The notes beneath the pieces are model-generated. The model had not been told where the DNA came from. It did not search any database and saw nothing but the letters and a program-made list of their open reading frames with translations. Below, piece by piece: positions 56,575 through 64,000 of a DNA stretch of 64,000 bases. Each line of letters begins with the position of its first letter. Within the stretch, counting starts at the first letter, position 1. The position numbers and the translations under genes are program-made. This DNA comes from an uncultured bacterium (GTDB taxonomy: Bacteria > Acidobacteriota > Thermoanaerobaculia > Multivoradales > JAHZIX01), in the NCBI GenBank assembly GCA_965368975.1, contig CBDUPA010000009.1:96001-160000 (forward strand). The letters are read 5' to 3'.

Positions 56575-57336
56575 TCAGGCGGCGCGCTGGAGGAACTCGC
56601 GGGCGAGATCCAGATAGGCCTTGGCGCCCCGACACTTGATGTCGTACTGGAAGATCGGCATGCCGTGGCTCGGAGCCTCCGCCAGACGCACGTTTCGCGG
56701 GATGATGGTCTCGTAGACGTTGCCCATGAAGTGGGTGCGGATCTCGTCGGCGACATCCTTGGACAGGTTGGTCCGGTCGTCGTACATGGTCAACAGGATG
56801 CCGTTGATGCCGAGATCCTTGTTGATCGCGCGCTGGACGCGCTGCACCGTGGCCATCAACTCACTGACGCCCTCGAGGGCGAAGTATTCGCACTGCAGCG
56901 GTACCAAGACCTGGTGCGCGGCTGTCAGAGCGTTGACCGTGAGGTGGCCGAGCGAGGGCGGGCAGTCGAGCAGGATGATTTCGTAGTCGGCGGAAAGAGC
57001 GTCCAGCATCGCGCGTAGCCGGCGCTCCCAGCCGTCGTGACCGACGAACTCGACTTCGACGCCCACCAGGTCGCGGTTCGAGGGCAGCAGATCGAGATTG
57101 GGAAAGCCACTCGGGCGCACGGCTTCGCGCGGTGGGCAGTCACCAGACAGGGCGTGGTAGAGGTGAGGTTCCTCTGCAATCTTGCCAAGTCCTCGCGTTG
57201 CATTGCCCTGGGGATCACAGTCCACCAGGAGTACCTTGCGCTCCAGGGCTCCTAGCGCGGCACCGAGGTTGATCGCGGTGGTCGTCTTGCCGACGCCGCC
57301 CTTCTGATTGACGATCGCGAGAATCTGGCTGTTCAT
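56575..57336 (-). CDS. parA: Chromosome partitioning ATPase ParA/Soj
   Basis: NQKGGVGKTT, DPQGN, DCPPSLG, PRNVRLAEAPS. Confidence 0.95.
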   Translation of the reverse strand: MNSQILAIVNQKGGVGKTTTAINLGAALGALERKVLLVDCDPQGNATRGLGKIAEEPHLYHALSGDCPPREAVRPSGFPNLDLLPSNRDLVGVEVEFVGHDGWERRLRAMLDALSADYEIILLDCPPSLGHLTVNALTAAHQVLVPLQCEYFALEGVSELMATVQRVQRAINKDLGINGILLTMYDDRTNLSKDVADEIRTHFMGNVYETIIPRNVRLAEAPSHGMPIFQYDIKCRGAKAYLDLAREFLQRAA

Positions 57337-57398
57337 TGGGATGCTCTCCCTCTCCTTCTGCTGGTCAACATCTTCCCAAGTCCCGATCTGGCTTGCTT

Positions 57399-58052
57399 TC
57401 ACTCGCTTCGGCGGTACTCGACGATCCGCCGACATTCACTGCCCGTGAGCGCGAGCTCACGGTGGAATGCCCACCCCTCACACAGTTCCGGATCCATCTC
57501 ACCCCACCATAGGAACAACCGAGCATCAGGCCTCAACAAAGGCATCAAGACCTGCCATTGAGCGCGGTTCAGCTTGAGGGCACGGACGGTCAAGAACTGT
57601 ACGTCTGCCGGCTGAATTTCGGCGACGAAAGCCGGCGAAAGGGGAACGTCCACTCTAGCATTGAGGCAGGAGCTGGGCAATCCAGCGCGGTGCGTTGCGG
57701 AAGTCAGAAACGCCCACTTTCGCTGTCTTGGCTCCACCAGCACCACGTGCATTCTGGGTCGTGCCGCCGCCAGCACCACGCCGGGGAAACCACCGCCGGA
57801 TCCGAGGTCCAGAAGCCGGCCCTGGGCGTCGCCCAGAAGCGGCAAGGCCTGCAGGGCCTCACCGTAGTGTCGCTCGACCACATCCTCCGCCGTGCCCGGC
57901 CCGACCAACGACAGGCGCGGGTTCCAGCGGCGGAGCTCCTGGTAGTGCACCCACAGCTGCTCGTGGACGGCTTGCGGCAGGCCCTCCGGCGACGCCGCGG
58001 CGAGACGGGCGGAGAAGTCTGCAAGGGAAAGGTCTGGGAGCTGTGCCGCCAT
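57399..58052 (-). CDS. rsmG: 16S rRNA m7G methyltransferase RsmG
   Basis: WN..LSL, RHY, DLGSGGGFPG, TVRA; directly upstream of parA. Confidence 0.9.
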   Translation of the reverse strand: MAAQLPDLSLADFSARLAAASPEGLPQAVHEQLWVHYQELRRWNPRLSLVGPGTAEDVVERHYGEALQALPLLGDAQGRLLDLGSGGGFPGVVLAAARPRMHVVLVEPRQRKWAFLTSATHRAGLPSSCLNARVDVPLSPAFVAEIQPADVQFLTVRALKLNRAQWQVLMPLLRPDARLFLWWGEMDPELCEGWAFHRELALTGSECRRIVEYRRSE

Positions 58053-58086
58053 GGTAGACGGATCCTGCCCGCCTACCGAGGGCGGG

Positions 58087-58467
58087 TCAAGCCAGCGCTG
58101 CCCCGGCAGCTGGTGGCGGCCCGTCCACGGGTGGTTCGGTGCTGTCTGGGTCCGAGATTCGGCACAGCCGGCACAGCAAGAGGGCGACCAGATTGCTGGT
58201 CAACCAGTAGAGCACCAGGCCGCTAGCAGCGTGCAGGAGGAAGAGCGTGAAGACGACCGGCAGGAGGAGGAAGAGGCGGACCCACCACTCGAGCCAACCG
58301 TAGTCAGCAGGGGCGGCGAGGCCTCCAGGGGGCGGTGTCGCGGTAGCCCGCGAGAGACCGGGCGCGAATGCGCGGCCCAGCTGATCAGCGACCGGGAAGA
58401 ACGCGTACCCGGCGAAGAGCAGAGTTGAAGCGAGAAGAAGGGCGACCAGGGGTAGGTGTGGGTCCAC
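58087..58467 (-). CDS. Mini YidC-derived membrane protein (internally deleted paralogue, possibly a pseudogene)
   Basis: DYGWLEW.. followed by RLFLLLPVVFTLFLLHAASGLVLYWLTSN, matching YidC DFGWFPW and RLFLLLPFILTFVFLNFASGLVLYWLTSN; shares the CAAGGAAGGAA RBS and a GTGGA start with yidC. Confidence 0.65.
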   Translation of the reverse strand: MDPHLPLVALLLASTLLFAGYAFFPVADQLGRAFAPGLSRATATPPPGGLAAPADYGWLEWWVRLFLLLPVVFTLFLLHAASGLVLYWLTSNLVALLLCRLCRISDPDSTEPPVDGPPPAAGAALA

Positions 58468-58634
58468 GACGAGTTTCCTTCCTTGTGAGCATGACTGGGT
58501 AGTAGGTAGTGAAGGAAGGCTTCTATACGCAGACGCCACCGACCGGTTGCAGGTCAGCTCAGTGAAAGCAGGATGTACCCCAAGAGGACGTCGAGAGGCT
58601 GGAGATGAGCGAGGAGCGGGGAAGGCCAGATAGC

Positions 58635-58664
58635 AAAAGCGGGTGTTTCACGTGAAACACCCGC
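58635..58664 (-). terminator. Intrinsic terminator-like hairpin containing parS, downstream of jag
   Basis: Minus strand reads GCGGG-TGTTTCACGTGAAACA-CCCGC-TTTT. Confidence 0.55.
58644..58659. promoter_or_regulatory. parS site (perfect TGTTTCACGTGAAACA)
   Basis: Canonical 16-bp parS palindrome about 1.3 kb from parA. Confidence 0.92.
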
Positions 58665-58691
58665 ATGGGAGAGGACGAGGCGACGAGGTCA

Positions 58692-58707
58692 TGTTTCACG
58701 TGAAACG
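58692..58707. promoter_or_regulatory. Second parS site (15/16 match) overlapping the jag stop codon
   Basis: TGTTTCACGTGAAACG. Confidence 0.85.
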
Positions 58708-60396
58708 TGCGTCGTCATCCTCGTCTTCGTCGTCCTCATCGTCATAGTCGTCGTAGTCATCGTCGTCATCGAGGTCGTCGTCCTCGTCTTCGTCTTCGTC
58801 GTCATCCTCGTCGTCGTCGAACTCGTCGTCATCGTCGTACTCGTCATCGTCGTACTCATCGTCATCATCGACGTCGTCGTACTCGGCGTGATCGCGTTCA
58901 GCATCATCGGCGGGAGTATCGTCAGCGGCGAGCCCGCCTTCGACGGACTCGTCCTCTCTCGGATCCTCGTAGTCGTCATCGACTCGACGGGGGCGGCGGC
59001 GCGGCTTCACATCGCCACCCGCACCCTCGGCCTCGCGCTGGGTCTCTTCACCCTTCTGGTCGGCAGGCCGGATCGACAGGCGCTTGAGATAGCCCTTGCC
59101 CATGCTCTCCGTATAGACGTCCGGGTTGTCGGCCAGTGCCAGGTGGACGATGCGCCTTTCGGCGGGGTTGAGCCAGTCGAGGGTGACTGGGCGGCCCTTG
59201 CTGATGACCTGCCGCGCGGTGCGCTCCGCCAGGTCGCCCAATTCCTGCTCGCGCATCTCGTGGAACCCGTCGCAGTCGACGCGGCAGGGCACCAGCTCTC
59301 CGCCCAGCGAGCGGATCATCTTCGGCATGAGGTGCTCCATCGCGAACAGACCCTTGCCGTAGTGGCGCAGCAGCAACTTGGTATCCCGGCCCTCGAGGTC
59401 GATCTCGATCCTGTCGGCGGTCTGGTAGACCTTGCCCCAGGCGTCGATGCGCATCAGGTCGAGTAGGCAATCGAGTGCCTGGCGTGCGAACTCCGCCAGT
59501 TCACTCTGCGACTCCGGCTCCTCGCGATACCGCCGCCGCGGCGCAACGCGCCGCCCACGATCACCGCCTCGACCGCGATTACCGCCGCGCCCGCGATCAC
59601 CGCCACGTCCGCCGCTGGGCTTCGGCCCACGGCCTCGCTCCTCAGAACCACGCCCGCCTGCAGCTCGCTGCCCCTCAGCACCCTGCTTGCCCCCGTCACG
59701 ACTACCGGACGCTGGCCGGCCGCCACGGCCGCGGCCACCGCGACCTCCACCACCGCTGGAGCGCTCATCGCCGGAACCGCGACTCTCCGCGCGACCGCCT
59801 TCAGCTCGCGCGTCACCAGACAGCTGCTTGCCCCCCTGCTCACCCACCGCTCCTTCAGCTGGCTTCCGATCCCGACCACCGCGGCCACCACGGCCTCGGC
59901 GACCGCGTCCTCTGCCGCCCGGCCCTCTGGAGCGCTCGCCAGAGTCTGCCGGGCTGGCGGCTCCGATCTCTCCGGCAGGTTCGTCGCTCGTGGCGCTTTC
60001 GGACGTCGCTCTGTCTGTATGGGCCTTTGGCTCAGTACGGGTCTTTGGCTCAGTACGGGCCCTTGGCTCAGTACGGGCCTGCGGTTCCGTGCGCGGCGTT
60101 GGTACCGTGCGCGGCTTTGGCTCCGCCTCAGGCATCACCTCCGCCGGCCGCTTCGGCGGGGAAGCGGGGGCCGGCAACGACGAGATCGTCGGCGCCGGCA
60201 GCGGACCCGCGGGGGCCTCCAGCCGCGGGTCATCCGCATCGACCTCGATCAAGAACCGCTTGCGCGAGTTGACGAAGCCGTGCCGCTTCTCAACGGGCTG
60301 ATACTTCACTTCCTCGGGCTTGAGATCAAACTCCTTCGCCGCGGCCATCAAGGCCACGCCCAGAGTGTTGCCCGAAAAAAATCGACGCTTGCTCAT
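58696..60396 (-). CDS. jag: RNA-binding protein Jag/KhpB/EloR (Jag_N, degenerate KH, R3H) with long low-complexity regions
   Basis: Jag_N FFSGNTL..AL..A...F; R3H LNPAERRIVH.AL...VYTES.G; directly downstream of yidC. Confidence 0.85.
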   Translation of the reverse strand: MSKRRFFSGNTLGVALMAAAKEFDLKPEEVKYQPVEKRHGFVNSRKRFLIEVDADDPRLEAPAGPLPAPTISSLPAPASPPKRPAEVMPEAEPKPRTVPTPRTEPQARTEPRARTEPKTRTEPKAHTDRATSESATSDEPAGEIGAASPADSGERSRGPGGRGRGRRGRGGRGGRDRKPAEGAVGEQGGKQLSGDARAEGGRAESRGSGDERSSGGGGRGGRGRGGRPASGSRDGGKQGAEGQRAAGGRGSEERGRGPKPSGGRGGDRGRGGNRGRGGDRGRRVAPRRRYREEPESQSELAEFARQALDCLLDLMRIDAWGKVYQTADRIEIDLEGRDTKLLLRHYGKGLFAMEHLMPKMIRSLGGELVPCRVDCDGFHEMREQELGDLAERTARQVISKGRPVTLDWLNPAERRIVHLALADNPDVYTESMGKGYLKRLSIRPADQKGEETQREAEGAGGDVKPRRRPRRVDDDYEDPREDESVEGGLAADDTPADDAERDHAEYDDVDDDDEYDDDEYDDDDEFDDDEDDDEDEDEDDDLDDDDDYDDYDDEDDEDEDDDARFT

Positions 60397-62231
60397 GACT
60401 TCCCCTTCCCGGCGCGCTTACCTCGCGAGCCCTTACCGTCGGACACCTTGTCCGTAGACTTCTTACCCTTGCCTCCACCCTTGTCGTCGCCGCCCGATCG
60501 CCGCTCGCGCCAGCCGCGGTAGAACCACTGCTGCACGATCGTCACCACGTTGCTAGTCAGCCAGTACAGCACCAGGCCACTGGCGAAGTTCAGGAAGACA
60601 AACGTCAAGATGAAGGGCAGCAACAAGAACAGACGCCGCTGCATCGGATCACCGCCCATGGGCATCATCAGCTGCTGCAGCAGTTGCGTACCACCCATGA
60701 TGATCGGCAAAAGATACACGGGATCCGGAACCGCCAGGTCTTGAATCCAGAATATCCATGGTGCGTTGCGCAGCTCGATAGCGCCGCTCAGCAGGTAGTA
60801 GAACGCCAGGAAGACGGGGAACTGGGCGAGCATCGGCAAGCAACCACTCACAGGATTCGTGCCGGCTTCGCGGTAGACCGCCATCACCTCGTCGTTCATC
60901 TTGCGTTGGGCTTCCATGTTCGGTCGCCCCTGCTTGTCGCGCAGCTTGCCCTTGTACTTGTGGCGTACCGCCTGCACCTTCGGGTTCAGCTCTTGCATCA
61001 CCTGCATGTGCACCATCGAGCGATGGGTCAGTGGCAGCAGGCCCAGCCGGATCAGGATCGTCATGATGACGATGGCCCAACCGTAGTTGTGTCCACTCCA
61101 GTTCTCGTACACCCAGCGCAGGCCGAGCTGCAGCGGCCGCGCCAGCCAGGGGAACCAGCCAAAGTCGACGGTCGTCTCCAAGCCATAGGGGAGGGCAGAC
61201 AGCCGCTGGTAGTTCTTGCCGCCCCAGAAGGCGGTGAACTGCATGCGCTCTCCGCGACCCCGCACCACCATGCCCAGTTCGCGCGACAGGGCACGAAGCT
61301 CGTCGGTCATCTCCTCCTCGACCGGCTCCAGGACGAAGCGATCCAGGCCTTCTTCTTCATCACTCGTCTGCACTCGATAGGGCTCGAGCGTGATCTCGGA
61401 GATACCCTGGCGCGGGATCACGGCGTTCAGGAAGTAGGTGTCGTCGAGCGCGACCCAGTCCAGCTGCGACGCTGGCAGCGCCGTCGGATCCGCCTTCTTC
61501 GCGTTCAGTACTTCCTTGTCACCGGCCAGTCGATACACCGCTCCGTGCCGGAAGCGCGTGTTCTTCAGCTCCTCAACGGTCGGCTTCCGGATGCCCGGGC
61601 CGACCAGCAGAGCCCAGTCACTCAAGCCTGCGGCGGTGACGTCGACCTCGAGAGTGCCATCATCGCGGAAGGTGTAGAGCTTGCGTACCCGGCCCTCGGG
61701 ACCGCTGTAATCGAAGGTCAGCGTCTGCCCCCCCTCGACCGAGGACTCCAGCGCATGGACGAAGAGCTGGTCGTCGACGGAAAGCTGCTCATGCGTCAGC
61801 GGATCGATCAAGGCATAGGTGTAGGGAGCCGCAGTGTGCGGATGCACCAGCTCCAGAAGCTCACCTTCGCCACCCTCGTGTCGGGCCAGGCGTAGGGAGA
61901 CGAGTTGACCACCACGGTTGCTGAACTCCGCGCGCCAGGACTCGGTCTCCACCGCGACCAGCGCTTCGCTGTCAGCTTGCAGCAGGACCGGTGCGACAGC
62001 GGCCGTCTCGCCTCCTGCCGCGTCCGGCACGGCCTCGGCTTCGCTCCCGGCTTCCTCAGAAGCCGCGGGTTCCGAGGTAAAGCCCGCTGGCAGCTGCGGC
62101 TCCAGCGCGTCCTCGACGGCCGGTCCGACCGGTTCCTCCACCGGAGGCTGCGGAGGGTACAAGACCCCGTACCAGAGAAAGATGAAGGCCCACGAAATCA
62201 GGATGGCGAAAATCAGCCGGCGAGTATCCAC
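60393..62231 (-). CDS. yidC: Membrane protein insertase YidC
   Basis: TM1, periplasmic domain, DFGW, NYGWAIV..TI.IR..L.PL, NP.SGCLP...Q.P, WIQDL..PDP, GLVLYW..SN. Confidence 0.96.
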   Translation of the reverse strand: MDTRRLIFAILISWAFIFLWYGVLYPPQPPVEEPVGPAVEDALEPQLPAGFTSEPAASEEAGSEAEAVPDAAGGETAAVAPVLLQADSEALVAVETESWRAEFSNRGGQLVSLRLARHEGGEGELLELVHPHTAAPYTYALIDPLTHEQLSVDDQLFVHALESSVEGGQTLTFDYSGPEGRVRKLYTFRDDGTLEVDVTAAGLSDWALLVGPGIRKPTVEELKNTRFRHGAVYRLAGDKEVLNAKKADPTALPASQLDWVALDDTYFLNAVIPRQGISEITLEPYRVQTSDEEEGLDRFVLEPVEEEMTDELRALSRELGMVVRGRGERMQFTAFWGGKNYQRLSALPYGLETTVDFGWFPWLARPLQLGLRWVYENWSGHNYGWAIVIMTILIRLGLLPLTHRSMVHMQVMQELNPKVQAVRHKYKGKLRDKQGRPNMEAQRKMNDEVMAVYREAGTNPVSGCLPMLAQFPVFLAFYYLLSGAIELRNAPWIFWIQDLAVPDPVYLLPIIMGGTQLLQQLMMPMGGDPMQRRLFLLLPFILTFVFLNFASGLVLYWLTSNVVTIVQQWFYRGWRERRSGGDDKGGGKGKKSTDKVSDGKGSRGKRAGKGKS

Positions 62232-62298
62232 GAATCTGGCTTCCTTCCTTGCGGGGGTTCTTTCGAACAGAAATGGGTGTTCGCGCCGCGGATCGTCT

Positions 62299-62505
62299 CT
62301 ACGGTACGTCGATACCCCCCGGGAACGGGGGCTGACACCGCAAAAGCCGACGAGCTGCGAGTAGTGTGCCGCGGCCAGCGCCGTACTTGAGAATCGCCAG
62401 GCGAGCGTATTCGGAGCAGGTGGGGGAGTAGCGGCAGGCCCGAGGTAGGAGCGGCGACAGCCATCGCTTGTACAGGACGAACAGACCGGCCAGCAAGCGC
62501 TTCAC
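62299..62505 (-). CDS. yidD: Membrane protein insertion efficiency factor YidD
   Basis: Y...LSP....CRYSPTCSEY...RLLRCQP...GG.D.P. Confidence 0.92.
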   Translation of the reverse strand: MKRLLAGLFVLYKRWLSPLLPRACRYSPTCSEYARLAILKYGAGRGTLLAARRLLRCQPPFPGGIDVP

Positions 62506-62550
62506 CGTAGCTTCCTCACGGTACCTTCCTCACGGTAGCTTTCTCGACGA

Positions 62551-62994
62551 TCATCCGTTTCGAGGATAGCTGCGACCGCCAGCGGCGCGGTCGTCGCGGG
62601 AGCGGGGATGCCCTTGCCGCTGCGATCCGAGCAGCCAGCCTAGAGCTCCGAGCAGCTCTAGACGAAGTTCGTCGAAGTCCAATTCGCCGACACCCGGCTT
62701 GAGGTGGATCACCAGATCGCGCGCCGGCAGCCGGGCGCGTCGTGCCCAGCGCCGGTAGACCTCACGGATCCGCCGCTTGAGCCGCTGCCGAGCGACAGCC
62801 TTGCCCACCTTGCGGCTGGCGGTGATGCCGAGACGCGGATGCCCGAGCGAATTGTCGATGAAGTGGAGCACCAGATGGGCGGCGTGCCGACGGCGACCGA
62901 AACGGTAACACCGCTGGTAGTCCGCGCGCCTCCGGAGCCGCTCCTCGCGCCGCAGGCGCTCGTCACGCGGTCCAGGCCGGAGAGGATCCGGCAT
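62551..62994 (-). CDS. rnpA: Ribonuclease P protein component
   Basis: RLRRRADY, RLGITASRKVGKAVARQRLKRRIRE. Confidence 0.92.
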   Translation of the reverse strand: MPDPLRPGPRDERLRREERLRRRADYQRCYRFGRRRHAAHLVLHFIDNSLGHPRLGITASRKVGKAVARQRLKRRIREVYRRWARRARLPARDLVIHLKPGVGELDFDELRLELLGALGWLLGSQRQGHPRSRDDRAAGGRSYPRNG

Positions 62995-63047
62995 CGTGCC
63001 TCGTCATAGCGTGGTTGCTCGGGACAGGTTGGCTCGAAACGACTCGC

Positions 63048-63182
63048 TCAGGCGCTGAGACGCTTACGGCCCTTGGCGCGGCGGCGGCGAAGAATGGCAC
63101 GGCCGGCACGCGTGCGCATGCGTTCCCGGAAGCCATGCTTCTTCTTACGGCGGCGGTTGTTGGGCTGAAATGTTCTTTTCAC
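63048..63182 (-). CDS. rpmH: 50S ribosomal protein L34
   Basis: [40 protein letters not shown] start. Confidence 0.97.
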   Translation of the reverse strand: MKRTFQPNNRRRKKKHGFRERMRTRAGRAILRRRRAKGRKRLSA

Positions 63183-63296
63183 GGCTCTCGATTCCTTGGT
63201 TCTTGACGAGTGTATGCAAATCCGGCCACACACGATGGTGGCTCGGGGTCTGGCGGTTTCGAGTCTGGCAGCTGTAGATCTTGGCAGTCGGAAGAT

Positions 63297-63386
63297 TGGC
63301 GGAGAGGGTGGGATTCGAACCCACGGACCGGTTGCCCGGTCAACGGTTTTCGAGACCGCCCCATTCGACCACTCTGGCACCTCTCC
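63297..63386 (-). tRNA. tRNA-Ser(CGA)
   Basis: GGAGAGGTGCCAGAGTGG...GCGGT-CTCGAAA-ACCGT...GGTTCGAATCCC...GCCA. Confidence 0.95.
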
Positions 63387-63416
63387 GTACTCGGACTCTT
63401 CTTCCGAACTGGATCA

Positions 63417-63509
<93 letters not shown>

Positions 63510-63570
63510 TCAAATTGTCAATCGGCACCGGCGTCTGCCGCTCTTGTCTCGCACCCGCTGCGATTCTTGT

Positions 63571-64000
63571 CTAGTTGTTCTGACTCGGGCGCCGACGCAG
63601 AGCGGCGAAGAACGCTTTCAATTGTGCCTCACATTCCGTCTGCAGCACCCCGGCGGTGACCTCCATCCTGTGATTGAGCCGAGAATCTTGCACCAGATTG
63701 CCCAGCGTGCCGCAGAACCCGCCTTTGGGGTCCGGCGTGCCGTACACCACGCGCTCGATTCGGCTGTTGACGCAGGCACCCGCACACATCGCGCAGGGTT
63801 CCAACGTCACGAACAGAATGCAGTCAAGGAGCCGCCATCCACCCACCACCCGCGCCGCCTGCCGGATCGCCAGCAACTCGGCATGGGCCAGGGGGTCTCG
63901 ATCCATCTCGCGCCGGTTGTGCGCGCGGGCGATGATCTCGCCTTGACGCACGATGACGCAACCGATGGGAACCTCCCCCTGCTCCGCAGCACGTCGAGCC
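63571..64000 (-). CDS. tadA: tRNA adenosine(34) deaminase TadA, 5' end beyond window
   Basis: GEVPIG, HAE, TLEPCAMC, YGTPDPKGG. Confidence 0.93.
   Translation of the reverse strand, partial: ARRAAEQGEVPIGCVIVRQGEIIARAHNRREMDRDPLAHAELLAIRQAARVVGGWRLLDCILFVTLEPCAMCAGACVNSRIERVVYGTPDPKGGFCGTLGNLVQDSRLNHRMEVTAGVLQTECEAQLKAFFAALRRRPSQNN

Overview
GC-rich bacterial chromosome segment, probably an Acidobacteriota lineage (inferred from the GWxTD/VWA paralogue array) and probably near oriC (parA/parB/parS, rsmG, jag, yidC, rnpA, rpmH). The housekeeping backbone includes mglBA, yvcK, glmU, gluQ, secG, tpiA, pgk, gap, ruvB, gltX, bactofilin, tadA and three tRNAs. Two accessory blocks stand out. (1) At 39.4-48.6 kb, two NLR-like genes (SIR2-NACHT-CLec and Mrr-nuclease/TIR-like-NACHT-CLec) converge on a diversity-generating retroelement (DGR) reverse transcriptase. 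Their 3' variable regions match and each is followed by a ~300-bp non-coding element, forming a long inverted repeat around the RT cassette. No template repeat is visible, and the HTH accessory gene is joined out of frame to a 5'-truncated RT at a CGCCTGG microhomology. (2) At 22.5-32.8 kb, four tandem stand-alone LanB glutamylation-domain (PEARL-like) genes run directly into a divergent gap-pgk operon, with no visible precursor peptide, elimination domain, LanC or NRPS. Other oddities are an internally deleted mini-YidC paralogue, a parS site embedded in a terminator-like hairpin, a Jag protein with RGG-rich and poly-acidic regions, and a radical SAM/SPASM-methyltransferase fusion. All calls come from motif reading; no searches were run.
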